Source: Minisyncoccota bacterium | GTDB lineage: Bacteria > Patescibacteriota > Minisyncoccia > Phycocordibacterales > UBA6065 | Direction: 5' to 3' | Assembly (NCBI GenBank): GCA_036400935.1 | Contig: DASWWW010000001.1 | Span: 46,096 to 110,095, forward strand | DNA: 64,000 nucleotides | Shown: in pieces, positions 63,047 through 64,000 of the stretch | Numbering within the stretch: the stretch's first letter is position 1 | How the letters are laid out: each line of letters starts with the position of its first letter | Program-made: the position numbers and the translations under genes | The notes under the pieces: model-generated | Told to the model about the DNA's origin: nothing | Database searches by the model: none | The model's input: only the letters and a program-made list of their open reading frames with translations

Positions 63047-63589
63047 CTAGGGGATCGATAGCTCGTCCACGATCCTCAAATCGGTTTCGGAGAGTATGAC
63101 CTTCATGTTCTGATCGCGAACCATGACGCCTTCGATCTTCTTGCCGCTAAAAATGGTCTCTATTACCCACGGATCGCCGTCTATCATTGGCGCTGGAAGC
63201 TCTGTCGGCTTCCACCAGCCTGGACGGGTCATTTCTCTTGACGGCATCGGCTGCGCGTTCGGGATTCTGACGATATAGATATGGCACTCGCAATCCTCGA
63301 CGCCTTCGCGCCGATAGGTAATGATGGCCATTTTTTGCATCTGATTAGGCTGGGCCATGACCTCGCTTTCCTCGTAGAGCTCGCGCCGGGCGGCGAAGTC
63401 TATCGTGGGGTCGCTGGTCTCGACTTTGCCTCCGTAGGTTGTCCATTTCCAGTGCAGCTTGCGTCTTTCTGCGCTCGGGGTCTTCTCTTTCCAGGCAAAG
63501 CACACTTCTAGGAAGCCTTGCAGGTCGCGAGCGAGATAGCAGATCGTAGCTCGCGGGGTAACTGTGACTGTAGGGGAGGGCTGGTTCAT
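63047..63589 (-). CDS. NUDIX hydrolase
   Basis: Nudix box YGGKVETSDPTIDFAARRELYEESEV. Confidence 0.6.
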   Translation of the reverse strand: MNQPSPTVTVTPRATICYLARDLQGFLEVCFAWKEKTPSAERRKLHWKWTTYGGKVETSDPTIDFAARRELYEESEVMAQPNQMQKMAIITYRREGVEDCECHIYIVRIPNAQPMPSREMTRPGWWKPTELPAPMIDGDPWVIETIFSGKKIEGVMVRDQNMKVILSETDLRIVDELSIP

Positions 63590-63724
63590 CTGCCCTCGAT
63601 ACTAGTACTTTGCCGTTTCTTTGCAAGGTCATAATCGCAAAGCAAAAGCCGCTCCTTGCGGAGCGGCTTTTTAGGAAAATAATGAGCTTTGGCGAATATA
63701 TTTCCCTTATCCTTCTTAGGCGGT

Positions 63725-63967
63725 TTAGATGATTCCGGCCTTCTTGAGAGTTGCGTAAGCGCCGTTCTTGTTGATCGTCTTGATCGCGCGGGTCGAGATG
63801 GTGAGGCGGATCGACTTCTTCAACTCAGGGATGTAGATCTTCTTGTTCTGAAGATTTACGTATCGGCGAGTCTTGCCGATAGGGTTGAACTGGGTCGCAC
63901 GGGTGGCGTTTGAGTAGCCGCCGCCGACGATCGATGTTTTCTTTGTGATTGGGCAGATTCGTGCCAT
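63725..63967 (-). CDS. rpmB: 50S ribosomal protein L28
   Basis: MARICPITKKTSIVGGGYSNATRATQF...QNKKIYIPEL... Confidence 0.85.
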   Translation of the reverse strand: MARICPITKKTSIVGGGYSNATRATQFNPIGKTRRYVNLQNKKIYIPELKKSIRLTISTRAIKTINKNGAYATLKKAGII

Positions 63968-64000
63968 AAAATTGATGTGTGAGAGGTACGGGCCATGCTA

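Overview
This 64 kb window is coding-dense bacterial chromosome, about 55% GC with one roughly 1.2 kb AT-rich patch, and carries about 80 protein genes and 10 tRNA genes plus one tRNA-like fragment. The recognisable core genes are rpsO, a XerC/D-like recombinase, xth, cca, RNase Y, HU, clpP with a short trigger factor, rsmE, ppa, nusA, folD, PilB/GspE, rplS, tpiA-pgk, recJ, rnhA, Fe/Mn SOD, a Fur-family regulator and rpmB. Unusual gene content includes four TrmB-like winged-helix regulators, an RNHCP protein, an unlisted lmo0937-type micro-ORF and a ComEC gene split in two by inserted genes. A tRNA-Gly(TCC) gene is duplicated together with its promoter region. A tRNA cluster (His, Leu, tRNA-like fragment, Val, Arg) sits around rplS. 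The gene repertoire resembles small-genome monoderm lineages such as Patescibacteria/CPR, but this cannot be established from sequence alone. Two accessory regions stand out. The first (22.9-39.1 kb) is a block of secreted or membrane-anchored proteins with nearly no recognisable homologs: a 733-aa repeat protein, an IGW-repeat protein, a protein ending in a phage tail-fibre-type intramolecular chaperone (Peptidase S74-like) domain, and a protein built of 13 perfect YSEGYYPPx nonapeptides whose DNA repeats have diverged synonymously. This block is followed by a three-gene glycosylation module (GT39/ArnT-like, GtrB-like GT2, LAB_N), three tandem Cys/His-rich paralogs, a cupredoxin-like protein and DsbA. 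The second (48.7-51.2 kb) is an ordered array of three gene cassettes beside tRNA-His. Each cassette has the same strong promoter (TTGACA-N17-TATAxx) overlapped by TTGCAA palindromes, the same terminator, and 50-100 bp conserved arms. The arms meet at a 7-bp core (AATGGGT) that also forms the junction with the tRNA-His 3' flank. I consider this cassette array the best candidate for an undescribed site-specific cassette system in the window. A duplicated TrmB / SAM-methyltransferase / secreted-protein module and a small AT-rich insertion beside tRNA-Gly are also reported.
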